Shown in pieces: positions 18,815-27,947 of a stretch of 64,000 bases of DNA. Location: positions 1 through 64,000 of IMG/VR virus record IMGVR_UViG_3300022188_000008; one strand, 5' to 3'. Positions within the stretch are counted from its first letter, which is position 1. The number at the start of each line of letters is the position of its first letter. The position numbers and the translations under genes were made by a program. The stretch comes from a virus. The notes under the pieces are model-generated. The model was not told the DNA's origin. It was given only the letters and a program-made list of their open reading frames with translations, and ran no database searches.

Positions 18815-19041
18815 CACAAAAATATATCAAAACTAGTAATAATTGCATGTTTAGTAATATTAAACACATATAAATATATCTTCTCAAAAAAAATCATAAC
18901 AATTTCATAACACCACATAATACCCTATTTTTGCACTTTTTAAAATTTCATAACAAAAATTATGAAATTCGCCGCCAAAGGGGGATAATACATAAAAACA
19001 CACTAAAATGGGCTATTATTAGGCTATTTTGAGGTATTATT

Positions 19042-19173
19042 GTATCACTAGAAATCTCCTATCATACTGGCTGTTATGTATCACTGTAAGGCTGTTATGT
19101 ATCACTGTGAGGCTGTTATTAGGTGGCTAGTGGATATCATATCGGCTATCAGGTATCACTAGTGGCTATCACT
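19042..19173. repeat. Iteron-like direct repeats, candidate replication origin
   Basis: ggctgttatgtatcactgt at 19069 and 19090 (21-bp period), partial third copy at 19111; five TATCACT cores. Confidence 0.6.
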
Positions 19174-19329
19174 CCCCCTACAGTGGTGGGGTTCTACTAT
19201 AAAGTATTATAGTCAAAATAGATTCCCTAAAAATAGAGGTATTTATTGTAATGATTACAGCCACTTAATATGTAGATTTTCTGCCATTTTTATAACCACC
19301 TTAGAGCCTCTTATTTAGAGCTTGATTTT

Positions 19330-20454
19330 CTACTTTTTTAGATATTTCTTAATCGTTTTGTGATCTATTCCAGTCTTATTCTCTAACTCTGTTATTGATG
19401 GATTTTCTAGCTTTTTAAGCCAATATCTTAATTTTTCTTTATTTCTTTTTGTTTTTTTATCCCTGAAGTTTTTTAGATATTCTTTCTGATTACCCTTCTT
19501 TTTTGGCTTCATCTCGAAGTTAACAAGTGTATTCAAATACTCTCTTCTTGCGCTTACAGATATTGGTTTATATGCTTTTAGTGCTTTTTTGATTTCACTT
19601 TCTTTGATTGGGTCATTATAGAATTTCTTATTCCATACAGAAACTATGTATTTTAAGTCTTTTTCTAGCCGTTTTTTAGATATTCTACATTTCCAAGCAA
19701 CTATACAAAGTGCATATAATGACGTATATCTGCACCCTTTTACAGCTGTTTTTAATACTTTTGCCTTGAACCACTGATAGAACATTGGATGTGCATTAGG
19801 TGTAGTATGGATTCTCTTTTTCACAATTTTTTCATAATTTTTAACCTTTAGCACATCTTTGAGTTCTATCTCATCTCCAACTCGAAAAACTGTAGTCTTA
19901 GTCCCAAATTTTGTATAAGAACCTGGAACTCGATAATAATGCGTGAGTGGAAGAATATCTGTAGTAGGTAATTTCTCTTTTACACTCTTCAGAAATTTTC
20001 TATTCAGATTTTCTATACTGTCTGAGTATGCTTTTTCTTTTCTGAGTTTGAAGACTAAATGAATCCCATTACCGGAATTTACCAGATAAGTTGGGAAGAG
20101 ATTGCCTGAATTGATTAGCTGGATGATTTCATGGATGTCTCTTGAATCTATATTGTCTATGTCTGCTATCAAGCATCTGATTGCTCTCAGATTTTCTTTC
20201 TTGAATTCTCTGCCATCAAAGTCTTGATAGGAAACATAGACACCATCCTCATACCAAGCATAGTCTAAGACATCATAGATATCTCCTCTTTCAGGTCTTG
20301 ATAATTTAGGGATGAAGTAGTTGATTTCGGATTTGCCAAAGATTTCGGATAGATAATTGATGGGATCTAATTCGTGGAAGTGTCTTCCAAGAATTTTATT
20401 TTTTTCTAAAAATTTCTCTTGATTTTTTGTTTTGTCTTTGTTATAACAACCCAT
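19330..20454 (-). CDS. Plasmid-type replication initiator (AEP primase-like with PriCT-like helix and C-terminal HTH)
   Basis: IADID, PTYLVNSGNGIHL, YYRVPGS, GCRYTSLY, C-terminal SITELENKTGIDHKTIKKY. Confidence 0.75.
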   Translation of the reverse strand: MGCYNKDKTKNQEKFLEKNKILGRHFHELDPINYLSEIFGKSEINYFIPKLSRPERGDIYDVLDYAWYEDGVYVSYQDFDGREFKKENLRAIRCLIADIDNIDSRDIHEIIQLINSGNLFPTYLVNSGNGIHLVFKLRKEKAYSDSIENLNRKFLKSVKEKLPTTDILPLTHYYRVPGSYTKFGTKTTVFRVGDEIELKDVLKVKNYEKIVKKRIHTTPNAHPMFYQWFKAKVLKTAVKGCRYTSLYALCIVAWKCRISKKRLEKDLKYIVSVWNKKFYNDPIKESEIKKALKAYKPISVSARREYLNTLVNFEMKPKKKGNQKEYLKNFRDKKTKRNKEKLRYWLKKLENPSITELENKTGIDHKTIKKYLKK

Positions 20455-20521
20455 AGTTGGGTTACCTCCTTATCGAGGTTTTTTGCCCTCAACTTCCAGG
20501 TCTGTTGAGGGCATCTTTTTT
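20419..20521 (+). ncRNA. Counter-transcribed sRNA unit A (antisense to the rep RBS)
   Basis: TTGATT-17-TATAAC with extended TG; CCTCC; hairpin 20484-20513 plus T run. Confidence 0.55.
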
Positions 20522-20523
20522 AC

Positions 20524-20627
20524 TTGACTTATTATAGAATTCTTGATATATTTAATAGCGAAATCAGCAACCATACAGTTCACTTCCTTTCTAGCCCTCA
20601 ATTCCCAGTTGAGGGCTTTCTTTTTTT
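20524..20627 (+). ncRNA. Counter-transcribed sRNA unit B
   Basis: TTGACT-17-TATATT; anti-SD CTTCCTTT; hairpin 20593-20617 plus T run. Confidence 0.55.
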
Positions 20628-20691
20628 GTTGGCAAAGCAATGTTTCCATAACACATCCTCTCTTGTTTTTCAAGTTTTTTGGTTTTTAGGG

Positions 20692-20815
20692 TTGACATAC
20701 ATTGATTTCCTTGGTATAAGATAATCATTCCATGCTTTCACCTCCTTTTCCATTTCAACGCCTCCTTTCTTGCCATATTCCCCCTGTGAGGCAGCGGACA
20801 CAGGGGGAATTCTTT
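20692..20815 (+). ncRNA. Counter-transcribed sRNA unit C
   Basis: TTGACA-17-TATAAG; two CCTCC motifs; 12-bp hairpin 20777-20810 plus T-rich tail. Confidence 0.55.
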
Positions 20816-21002
20816 AATTTAAACCTAACAAGTCAGCCCCCTTAGTTGCTATTAGAGCCAACAGGTATGTGTATCCTTGTTTCGTTGGTATCTTTACTTG
20901 TAACCTACACTGCTTGCAGAAAATAAACACAACGTCCTCTTTCTCCATCCAGATTTTTCCGTTCAGGCATACATTGTTTCCACAGTTCTGACAGATTGCC
21001 AT
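20814..21002 (-). CDS. Small zinc-ribbon protein
   Basis: CQNC...CKQC; GGAGG RBS. Confidence 0.6.
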   Translation of the reverse strand: MAICQNCGNNVCLNGKIWMEKEDVVFIFCKQCRLQVKIPTKQGYTYLLALIATKGADLLGLN

Positions 21003-21042
21003 TAAATTCCCTCCTAATTGCTGTTTAAAGGCTCAATTTTGA

Positions 21043-21314
21043 CCTAAAATGGACTGACCTATATCTAACTATAGGTCGAATCGTTTTAACGCAAAATAGA
21101 GGGCTAATTAGCTTATTAGCCCCCTATTTCTTCGAAATCTGTAATCGACTCTGAGGAAGAATTTTTATTTCCTTATCCCTACCCGTGAAAATTTTATGCT
21201 CTAAATCCCCTTATTTTGGCTCACAAGCGCCTAAAATGGACTGACCTATACCCTAATATGGGTTGGGTCATTTTAAAGCGAAATAAAGCGATAAATAGGC
21301 TGTTAGCCCCCCTG
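21043..21314 (+). repeat. Two ~85-bp imperfect direct repeats, each with a long hairpin
   Basis: cctaaaatggactgacctata at 21043 and 21230, followed by complementary arms and ttagccccc. Confidence 0.7.
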
Positions 21315-21368
21315 TTTTTTGATAATTAGGATCCTTCCCAAGTCTCTACCTGAGACTTATTATCAATC

Positions 21369-21545
21369 TCAAGAGCTGCATGTTTGGTCTAAAATACAGT
21401 AACTACCTTGTGGCACAGTGGTTTTTGGCTGCTTAGGTTGGTCGTACCATTCCTCGTAAAGTTCTTTCAGAATGCCTTTCATTTCAGGATAATCTTTGTA
21501 CTTAATTAACATTCCTCTCACATATTCTTTCAATGAAATTCTCAT
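21369..21545 (-). CDS. Small hypothetical protein (58 aa, not in the ORF track)
   Basis: GGAGG RBS; MRISLKEYVRGMLIKYKDYPEMKGILKELYEEWYDQ... Confidence 0.55.
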   Translation of the reverse strand: MRISLKEYVRGMLIKYKDYPEMKGILKELYEEWYDQPKQPKTTVPQGSYCILDQTCSS

Positions 21546-21559
21546 GATAAAACCTCCTG

Positions 21560-23353
21560 CTATTTCTTTTTGTCATCATCTGTTGCCAACATGTTGGTAA
21601 GTATGATGGATATGTCTTTTTGTTTGTATTCATCTAAATCCAAATAATTATTATCGAGCTTCAATACGGTCATTCCACCTGCTGTATATCTACCAGCGTC
21701 TACTCCGAATACTAGGTTCTTAGAGAAAGAGCTATCTTCAAAGTTTTCAAAATCCTTTGTTTGATTTGTTCTTTCTCTAAATAAGCATATAATTGTATCA
21801 GAATCTGAAGCAAAAGCACCGCTCCATCCTATATCAAAGTAATCCATTATCTTAGTTGTTGATATCTTCTTAGGCTGTGCTATTTGAATTGTTATTAAAT
21901 CTAATTCATTTGTAAGGAGTTTCATATCTTTAACTACATCTTCTATAGCAGTGACCTTATCTTTAACATGACGTACCATATAATGTACATTATCAAAGAC
22001 AAAGAAGCCTATACCAAGCCTCTTCCATGCGTCTATCAATACTTCCTTTAATATCTTCATGTCTATCTTCTCATTAGCATAAGCAAGATATAAAGGATAA
22101 TCTTCCATTAATACATCGCATATCAAACACATTGCGTCACTTTTCACAAGCGCTTTGTGATGAATTTTGTACCTAGAAGTTAACAACCTTTGGATTAATT
22201 CAGAATCTTTCATTTCCAGGCAGAAAAATAGACTTGGTATTTTGTGCACTCTAGCAAAGTGATCTGCTATGTAGAGGGATGTAGTTGTCTTACCTACTTT
22301 TGGTGTTCCAGAAAGTGTAATTAATTGGCCTCTTTTGAAACCCCCATTTAATATCTTATTTACGGATTTCCAAGGTAAATCATAAATTTTATCATTATCC
22401 TCTTTATCTAACATGAAGTTGAATAACGATGTTTGGATATCTGTTACAAATTTAACGGGGATTTCTTGTGGTTTTTTTAATAATTTCTTAAATTGTTTTG
22501 CAGAATAATTATGAATATAATCTGCCACGTCCATTCCATCAGGAAGTTTTATATATTTACATCTTTCAACGCCTAATCTTTTTGATATTTTTAATAATCC
22601 TCTTTTCCCTGCTCTATCTTCGTCCATGCAGAGCAATATTCTTTCAAAAGGCTCAAAGAAATCAAACCAAGTATCTAGAAATGTATCAGCACCCCCTGTA
22701 AGCCCTATTACGTTTTTTAAACCTGCATCTGTGGCTATTATTGCGTCTTTTTCTCCTTCGGTTAAAATAACAAATTTAAGGTTTTTATTAACATTATCTA
22801 AATTAAAGAGGTCTGATTTGCCTCCATACTCTCTTTTGAATTCTTTCGCTTCTCCCCTCCAGCTCCTATATTTAACGTTAACGATTTCATTATATGTAAA
22901 AGTGGGAATTGTTACCCAATTTATTACTTTTTTATGCTTGTTTTTGTTTTTAGCTACACCTAGCTTGAATTTCTTTATTGTCTCTATGCTTATTTTCCAC
23001 CAATCCATTAATTCTTTTAACAATTTCTCATTTTTCATGAGATTTTTATGATATTGCATGATTTCTAACTGTCTTTTGAAAGGTATCTCGCTTTCAGGTT
23101 TCTTCTCTTTCTTTTTCAAACCTAATATTTTTACATCTTTTGTTACTCCTAGCTCTTTTTTTAATTTATATAAGTTTCCACTTTCTCCGCATTTCTTGCA
23201 ATCCCATAATCCTGTAGTGCTATTGATATAGAAATGCTTTTTATTATCGAAACACAATGGGCAGGTTTGGTAGATATACTGGGTCCCGCAACTACTAGTA
23301 GGAGCACCTAGTAATTCTATTATCTGATCCTGAATAGAGAACATGTATCCCAA
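21560..23353 (-). CDS. Primase-helicase (zinc finger, TOPRIM, DnaB-like SF4 helicase)
   Basis: CPLC...H...CKKC, TEGEKDA, MDEDRAG, GTPKVGKTT, FDNVH, IAQP. Confidence 0.92.
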   Translation of the reverse strand: MGYMFSIQDQIIELLGAPTSSCGTQYIYQTCPLCFDNKKHFYINSTTGLWDCKKCGESGNLYKLKKELGVTKDVKILGLKKKEKKPESEIPFKRQLEIMQYHKNLMKNEKLLKELMDWWKISIETIKKFKLGVAKNKNKHKKVINWVTIPTFTYNEIVNVKYRSWRGEAKEFKREYGGKSDLFNLDNVNKNLKFVILTEGEKDAIIATDAGLKNVIGLTGGADTFLDTWFDFFEPFERILLCMDEDRAGKRGLLKISKRLGVERCKYIKLPDGMDVADYIHNYSAKQFKKLLKKPQEIPVKFVTDIQTSLFNFMLDKEDNDKIYDLPWKSVNKILNGGFKRGQLITLSGTPKVGKTTTSLYIADHFARVHKIPSLFFCLEMKDSELIQRLLTSRYKIHHKALVKSDAMCLICDVLMEDYPLYLAYANEKIDMKILKEVLIDAWKRLGIGFFVFDNVHYMVRHVKDKVTAIEDVVKDMKLLTNELDLITIQIAQPKKISTTKIMDYFDIGWSGAFASDSDTIICLFRERTNQTKDFENFEDSSFSKNLVFGVDAGRYTAGGMTVLKLDNNYLDLDEYKQKDISIILTNMLATDDDKKK

Positions 23354-23375
23354 TCCCCTCTTCCTTTCTTATAAT

Positions 23376-24188
23376 CTATTTATTTAGTCTTGCTTTCAGG
23401 TAATCAATATGAAAAGAATAGGCGTGGAGAGACTTAGAAGAATAAGCTATTGAACCAGGCTGCACGTCATCAAGAAATGAAGCAATATATTGGTTCAATA
23501 AAGCTATACCGCCTATATTAGTAGGCCATCCTCCTACAGCATCCCAAGATCTGAAAGTTACGTCTGTTTGCAGATAATAATGGTTATCTTCTGCTTTAAT
23601 TATTTTAAAACCAATTCCTCTCAGGCATGGAGAAGTTAATCTTGAGGTTTCATCATCATAAGGTACTTCATAGCCTAGATTCAATTCTGAATAACCAATA
23701 TTGATATAGCAATGTTCATTACCATATCCATGTTTCTTGAAATGGTCTATAACCCATTCTACCATGTTTGGTATGGAAATAGCTTTGTTTAACAAAGTAT
23801 TTTCTATATCTCCATTAGGATAGTAAGACCTTGTTTCTTTTGTTTCGGGAGGCATTTGGATATTTCCACCTACTAGAAAAGTCCCATATTTATAATGTTC
23901 ATTCTTTTCTAATTCCCCTTTCATTAGGTAATTGAGGAAATATTCCTGTATTTCCTGCTCAGTGGTGGGTGCAGGTATTCCTAGATGAGGAGACACATAA
24001 GGGCATACAGGATTATGGGGATTCTGAATATACCCTGCTACATAGTCTAATGAATATCTCTCAGCTCCTTTATATGATCCAGCAGTTATTGTGTATTTTC
24101 TGCCCTTGGTATAGATTGCATAAAGTAAATCAAACCACGCATCATCTACAGAATAATTGGATAGGAATACAGGTTTAAATTTTCTCAT
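23376..24188 (-). CDS. Thymidylate synthase-family enzyme (divergent, dUMP-type)
   Basis: TSPCLR catalytic Cys, FRSWD, GWPTN (Asn specificity residue), SLHAY. Confidence 0.78.
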   Translation of the reverse strand: MRKFKPVFLSNYSVDDAWFDLLYAIYTKGRKYTITAGSYKGAERYSLDYVAGYIQNPHNPVCPYVSPHLGIPAPTTEQEIQEYFLNYLMKGELEKNEHYKYGTFLVGGNIQMPPETKETRSYYPNGDIENTLLNKAISIPNMVEWVIDHFKKHGYGNEHCYINIGYSELNLGYEVPYDDETSRLTSPCLRGIGFKIIKAEDNHYYLQTDVTFRSWDAVGGWPTNIGGIALLNQYIASFLDDVQPGSIAYSSKSLHAYSFHIDYLKARLNK

Positions 24189-24201
24189 CTTTTTCCTCCT
24201 G

Positions 24202-25479
24202 TTAAATATTAGTAGGGTTTATGTGAGGTATTTTATATTGTTTCATTAATGTTGTTACTACTTTATAATTAGTGTTTCTCAAGCCTTTAAGTTTTATATG
24301 TGGGATTAGATTCTTTTCTATCTCTTTTCTAGCTTTTCTATTAATGGCATGTATTTTGGTTTTAGATGTAGTTCTTTCTAAAAGGAAGAATACTTTTTCT
24401 TTTATATAATGATTGTATTTCTTTAATATGTTTCCTGTTTTTTGTTGGGATACTTTATCATAGATATAAGAGTTTACGCTTAATACTTCTTTGATAGAGT
24501 TGCAATCATATATATAAGCTATCTTGGATAAGAAGGGTTCTAATGAGGTTTTTCCTTTGAAGAGGATTTGATTCATGGCTAGGGTAAAGGCTTTCATAAG
24601 AAGTATGCAATATGAATAACTATATTTAACATCTATTGCTGTTCCAAACTTTCTAAGAGGAACAGTGACAGGTTTAAAGCCTAAGAAATAGACTATATCA
24701 TCAATTACGCTTTGTCTTCTGACGTATTTGTTAACATCTTTTTTATTTATCTTATCTCTGCATTCTTCCCATAAATCTAATAATACCTTTAAGGTATTAT
24801 CATTAGCATATTCAGGAGTATATTCATAATCTTGTATATAAATCTTCTTTAACTCTTCTTTATGGTTATGCAATAGAATACTGAATAATACTGCTTCTAC
24901 TATTGTGATGATTCTTCTTGTTACAGGTATTTCATTATGGGCTTTTTTTATGTGCATTAATAATGTTACTGTTTCCCATTCAAAATTCCCTTTTATAGGC
25001 TTAGTAGGTATATTGGTGAGGGTAGTTATTTTATTGCCTAAGAATGTTTCCTCGAATGCTGTATGTGCTAGGATTCTTATATTAGAATTATTCTTGATGA
25101 ATTTATTTCTTGCTATTAAATTGATTGTGCTTTCTTTTAGAAGTACTAGAGGCTTGATGTTTTTATCTAAAATTAGTCTCTCTGTTTTTGTTATTCCAAG
25201 ATTTCTCCTGGTTATTTGATTTCTTATCATGTCCAGATATTTATTTCCCAGGAGAACATTTATAGATGGTACAAAATTCCTCGATTTTTTGTGTACTTTA
25301 ATGATGTTATCTAGTGCCTTTTCAGCTAGGATAGTGGCTTCAATCTTGTGGTTCTCAGCTATTGTTTCTATTTTTGAACACCAGTTAGAGATAACTCCAT
25401 TAATATTCTTTCCAAAAGGTTTTCTATTGTATTCTGAGAGAAACTTCTCCATTAGTAAGCTATTGACGTAATTTTCCAT
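24202..25479 (-). CDS. Hypothetical protein
   Basis: 425-aa ORF with GGGGG RBS. Confidence 0.6.
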   Translation of the reverse strand: MENYVNSLLMEKFLSEYNRKPFGKNINGVISNWCSKIETIAENHKIEATILAEKALDNIIKVHKKSRNFVPSINVLLGNKYLDMIRNQITRRNLGITKTERLILDKNIKPLVLLKESTINLIARNKFIKNNSNIRILAHTAFEETFLGNKITTLTNIPTKPIKGNFEWETVTLLMHIKKAHNEIPVTRRIITIVEAVLFSILLHNHKEELKKIYIQDYEYTPEYANDNTLKVLLDLWEECRDKINKKDVNKYVRRQSVIDDIVYFLGFKPVTVPLRKFGTAIDVKYSYSYCILLMKAFTLAMNQILFKGKTSLEPFLSKIAYIYDCNSIKEVLSVNSYIYDKVSQQKTGNILKKYNHYIKEKVFFLLERTTSKTKIHAINRKARKEIEKNLIPHIKLKGLRNTNYKVVTTLMKQYKIPHINPTNI

Positions 25480-25500
25480 GTTAACCCCCTAGAATGGTGA

Positions 25501-25926
25501 TTATGCTTTGCTAATTAACTTAGCTACTTTTTTATCCATTTCTTTTTTCTTGATGCCCTTTCCTCCAAGGTAGGCTTTTTTTGCAAGGAAAATCTTAGTT
25601 TCCTCGAGGGCATCAATTATTTGGAGAGTCTCTTTATCTATCCCGCCTAGTTTTAGAATCTTATTTTTAACAGCTAATGTTGAAAGTATTCTTCTTAAAA
25701 AGAATGAAATCAATGTCTCTATGGTACAAAGGAATGATTTAGAGAGGGTTTGAAGGATTTCTAAATGTTCTTCTTCAATAATTAGTGTTGCATAAAGTTT
25801 TACAAAAGATTCATGTTTATCAGGCGGGATTAAATAAGAGCATGTTTTAAATGCTTTAGACCTATTTTCTAACTCATTTAAAACATGCTCTGTTATTTGT
25901 TCAATTAGTATCTTTTTAGCATCCAT
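25501..25926 (-). CDS. Hypothetical protein
   Basis: ORF colinear with neighbours. Confidence 0.55.
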   Translation of the reverse strand: MDAKKILIEQITEHVLNELENRSKAFKTCSYLIPPDKHESFVKLYATLIIEEEHLEILQTLSKSFLCTIETLISFFLRRILSTLAVKNKILKLGGIDKETLQIIDALEETKIFLAKKAYLGGKGIKKKEMDKKVAKLISKA

Positions 25927-25984
25927 TGACCCATAACAAACTTAAAGACCCCCAGCATATAGCTGAGGGTCTGGAAAGAGGGGG

Positions 25985-26542
25985 TTAGACCATAGAGACA
26001 ATTTTAGTTGCTTCTGCTGTGGTTACTAAATCTACCAGCTTATCCAAGAAATTATCCATAATCATATCTTTCTTGAGATTAGGGTTAGTATTTGCAAGTT
26101 CAACAAGGAATTTCACCTTGATTACCATGATGTCTTCCCGTTCCTTAATTAAGGAACGAATCTTATCCTCAAGATTACCATATTCAGGTTCTTTTTTCAA
26201 TTCTTCTTTTGGTTCTTCTTTTACAGGAATTGTCTTTGGTTTTGGTTCTGTTTTTGGCTTTGGCTTGGATTTAACCTTAGCCTTCTCTTTTGGTTTGGTT
26301 TTTGGCTTTGGTTTCGGTTTTGGTTCAGGTTCAGGTTCTGCCTCAGTTCCACTTTCATCGAAGTCTTCAAATTCTTCCTCCATGAGAGTTTCCTCACCCC
26401 AAAGCTCTTCTGCTTCTTCTGTTACCTGTTCTTGCTCTGCCCCCTCTTTTGGGGTGAAATCTGTGCAATCAAAGTTCTCTGGTACATCGTTCTCATCTGC
26501 CATACAATCATCAAATAATGCACAGTCTTTACAATAAGGCAT
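25985..26542 (-). CDS. Protein with N-terminal 4-Cys motif, acidic tract and PK-rich linker
   Basis: CKDCALFDDCMADENDVPENFDCTDF; EPEPEPKPKPKPK. Confidence 0.7.
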   Translation of the reverse strand: MPYCKDCALFDDCMADENDVPENFDCTDFTPKEGAEQEQVTEEAEELWGEETLMEEEFEDFDESGTEAEPEPEPKPKPKPKTKPKEKAKVKSKPKPKTEPKPKTIPVKEEPKEELKKEPEYGNLEDKIRSLIKEREDIMVIKVKFLVELANTNPNLKKDMIMDNFLDKLVDLVTTAEATKIVSMV

Positions 26543-26572
26543 AATTAATCCTCCTTTAAAGTATTTTGTTAA

Positions 26573-27067
26573 TTATTGAAGTGTGATAGCTGTTTCTTTG
26601 TTTTTCTCTTGGGCTTCTATATATGTTCCCTCATAAAGGGATAGAATCCTCATGAGAATAATTGCAAGTTCATCTACCTTGGCATCAAATTTAGTATAGT
26701 GTACATCTTCTTCTTTATCTTTTATCTGAAAATGTACTATCCCCCCCATTCTTGCATTGGCTTGGGCAATTTTGTCATTATCAATATAGATGCCCTTTAG
26801 GATAAACTTGGCTTCCTGAGAATCATTGAAATCAAATATTACGTTGTTTGTTAATACTGTTATTATTGCGCCATCAAATTCTATTAGGCTCTCTTTAATT
26901 TCTTGTACTTCTTTGATGATTTCTGTAAATTTTGTTCTTTCCTCACCATTAAGTTGTTTTGTGTCTACAATAAATGCAACTGTTTTATCGTCAATTTTTT
27001 CCAATCTTCCTTTAACATATGGAGTACCACTCCCGTAGAAACTTGTTGAAATGATTGATTCAAACAT
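26573..27067 (-). CDS. Hypothetical protein
   Basis: GGAGG RBS after a promoter. Confidence 0.65.
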   Translation of the reverse strand: MFESIISTSFYGSGTPYVKGRLEKIDDKTVAFIVDTKQLNGEERTKFTEIIKEVQEIKESLIEFDGAIITVLTNNVIFDFNDSQEAKFILKGIYIDNDKIAQANARMGGIVHFQIKDKEEDVHYTKFDAKVDELAIILMRILSLYEGTYIEAQEKNKETAITLQ

Positions 27068-27097
27068 ATTTTCCTCCTTTAGAATTTAGTGATTAAT

Positions 27098-27126
27098 ACT
27101 ATACTATAAATTTATTTATTTGTCAA
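27098..27126 (-). promoter_or_regulatory. sigma70-type phage promoter
   Basis: TTGACA-17-TATAGT. Confidence 0.65.
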
Positions 27127-27931
27127 TATCCTGTTGTTCTTCCACCTCCCTTCCATCTGCCCATTCAAAATCTATGCATCCCCATCTTTGAGGGGTATCA
27201 TCCTCATCTGCTTGGCATTGAGGAAACCATTTACACATGCTACACGTTGCCCCTGAAGGTATCTCTACAAACTCTTCTTCATCTTCTTCAGGCTCAAAAA
27301 TATCTTCATATGTTTCAGTTTTCTGAGTATAATAATCGGTATAGTTTCTAAATGTTTTTGAGTTTAAAGTGAGAAATTTCTTTATAGTCTTTTTATCTAA
27401 TTCTTTCCAGTATTTTAATTCTTGTCCTATGGTAAGGATATATTCAAGCTGACTTCGTGTTTCTACAGCTTTTTTACAATATATTTCTCTTAAATGTTTA
27501 ATTGCTTCTATTGGGTTTCTTGGTAATTCTTCTAATAAGATACCAATAATAGCTAGAACTGTTCCTGTTCGACCATGTCCTCCTGCGCAGTGTATTGCTA
27601 CTTTAAATTCTCTTTTCTGTTTATTAACTGTTGTCAACAGTAGTTCTACTAAGCTAATCCATAATCCAGTATCATAATCAGGGGCAGACATATCTCTAAT
27701 TGGTAAATGAAGGATGCTTGTTTTTGTAGATACTAATTTTTCTAACTCTTTAAAGATGCCTGTTCCTTTTATACTGTTAAAAGAAGGCTCTGATTCTAAG
27801 AGTCTGATTACAGCATCATATTTTTCATATCTTATTTCTTCATATGCCCCTGCAAATATTGTTAAATTACCTTTTTTAAAAACAGGCTTTCTATAATCAT
27901 GACATTTTCTCTTTGATACATAATCATACAT
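27116..27931 (-). CDS. Protein-tyrosine/dual-specificity phosphatase with C-terminal 4-Cys motif
   Basis: HCAGGHGRTG (CX5R), PIRDMSAP, AVETRSQ. Confidence 0.88.
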   Translation of the reverse strand: MYDYVSKRKCHDYRKPVFKKGNLTIFAGAYEEIRYEKYDAVIRLLESEPSFNSIKGTGIFKELEKLVSTKTSILHLPIRDMSAPDYDTGLWISLVELLLTTVNKQKREFKVAIHCAGGHGRTGTVLAIIGILLEELPRNPIEAIKHLREIYCKKAVETRSQLEYILTIGQELKYWKELDKKTIKKFLTLNSKTFRNYTDYYTQKTETYEDIFEPEEDEEEFVEIPSGATCSMCKWFPQCQADEDDTPQRWGCIDFEWADGREVEEQQDIDK

Positions 27932-27947
27932 TTTAATCTCCTTTTTG

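Noticed and set aside
20470-20673. 67-aa CDS upstream of rep
   Set aside because: Crosses two terminator hairpins and promoters; only shorter RBS-supported leader peptides are plausible
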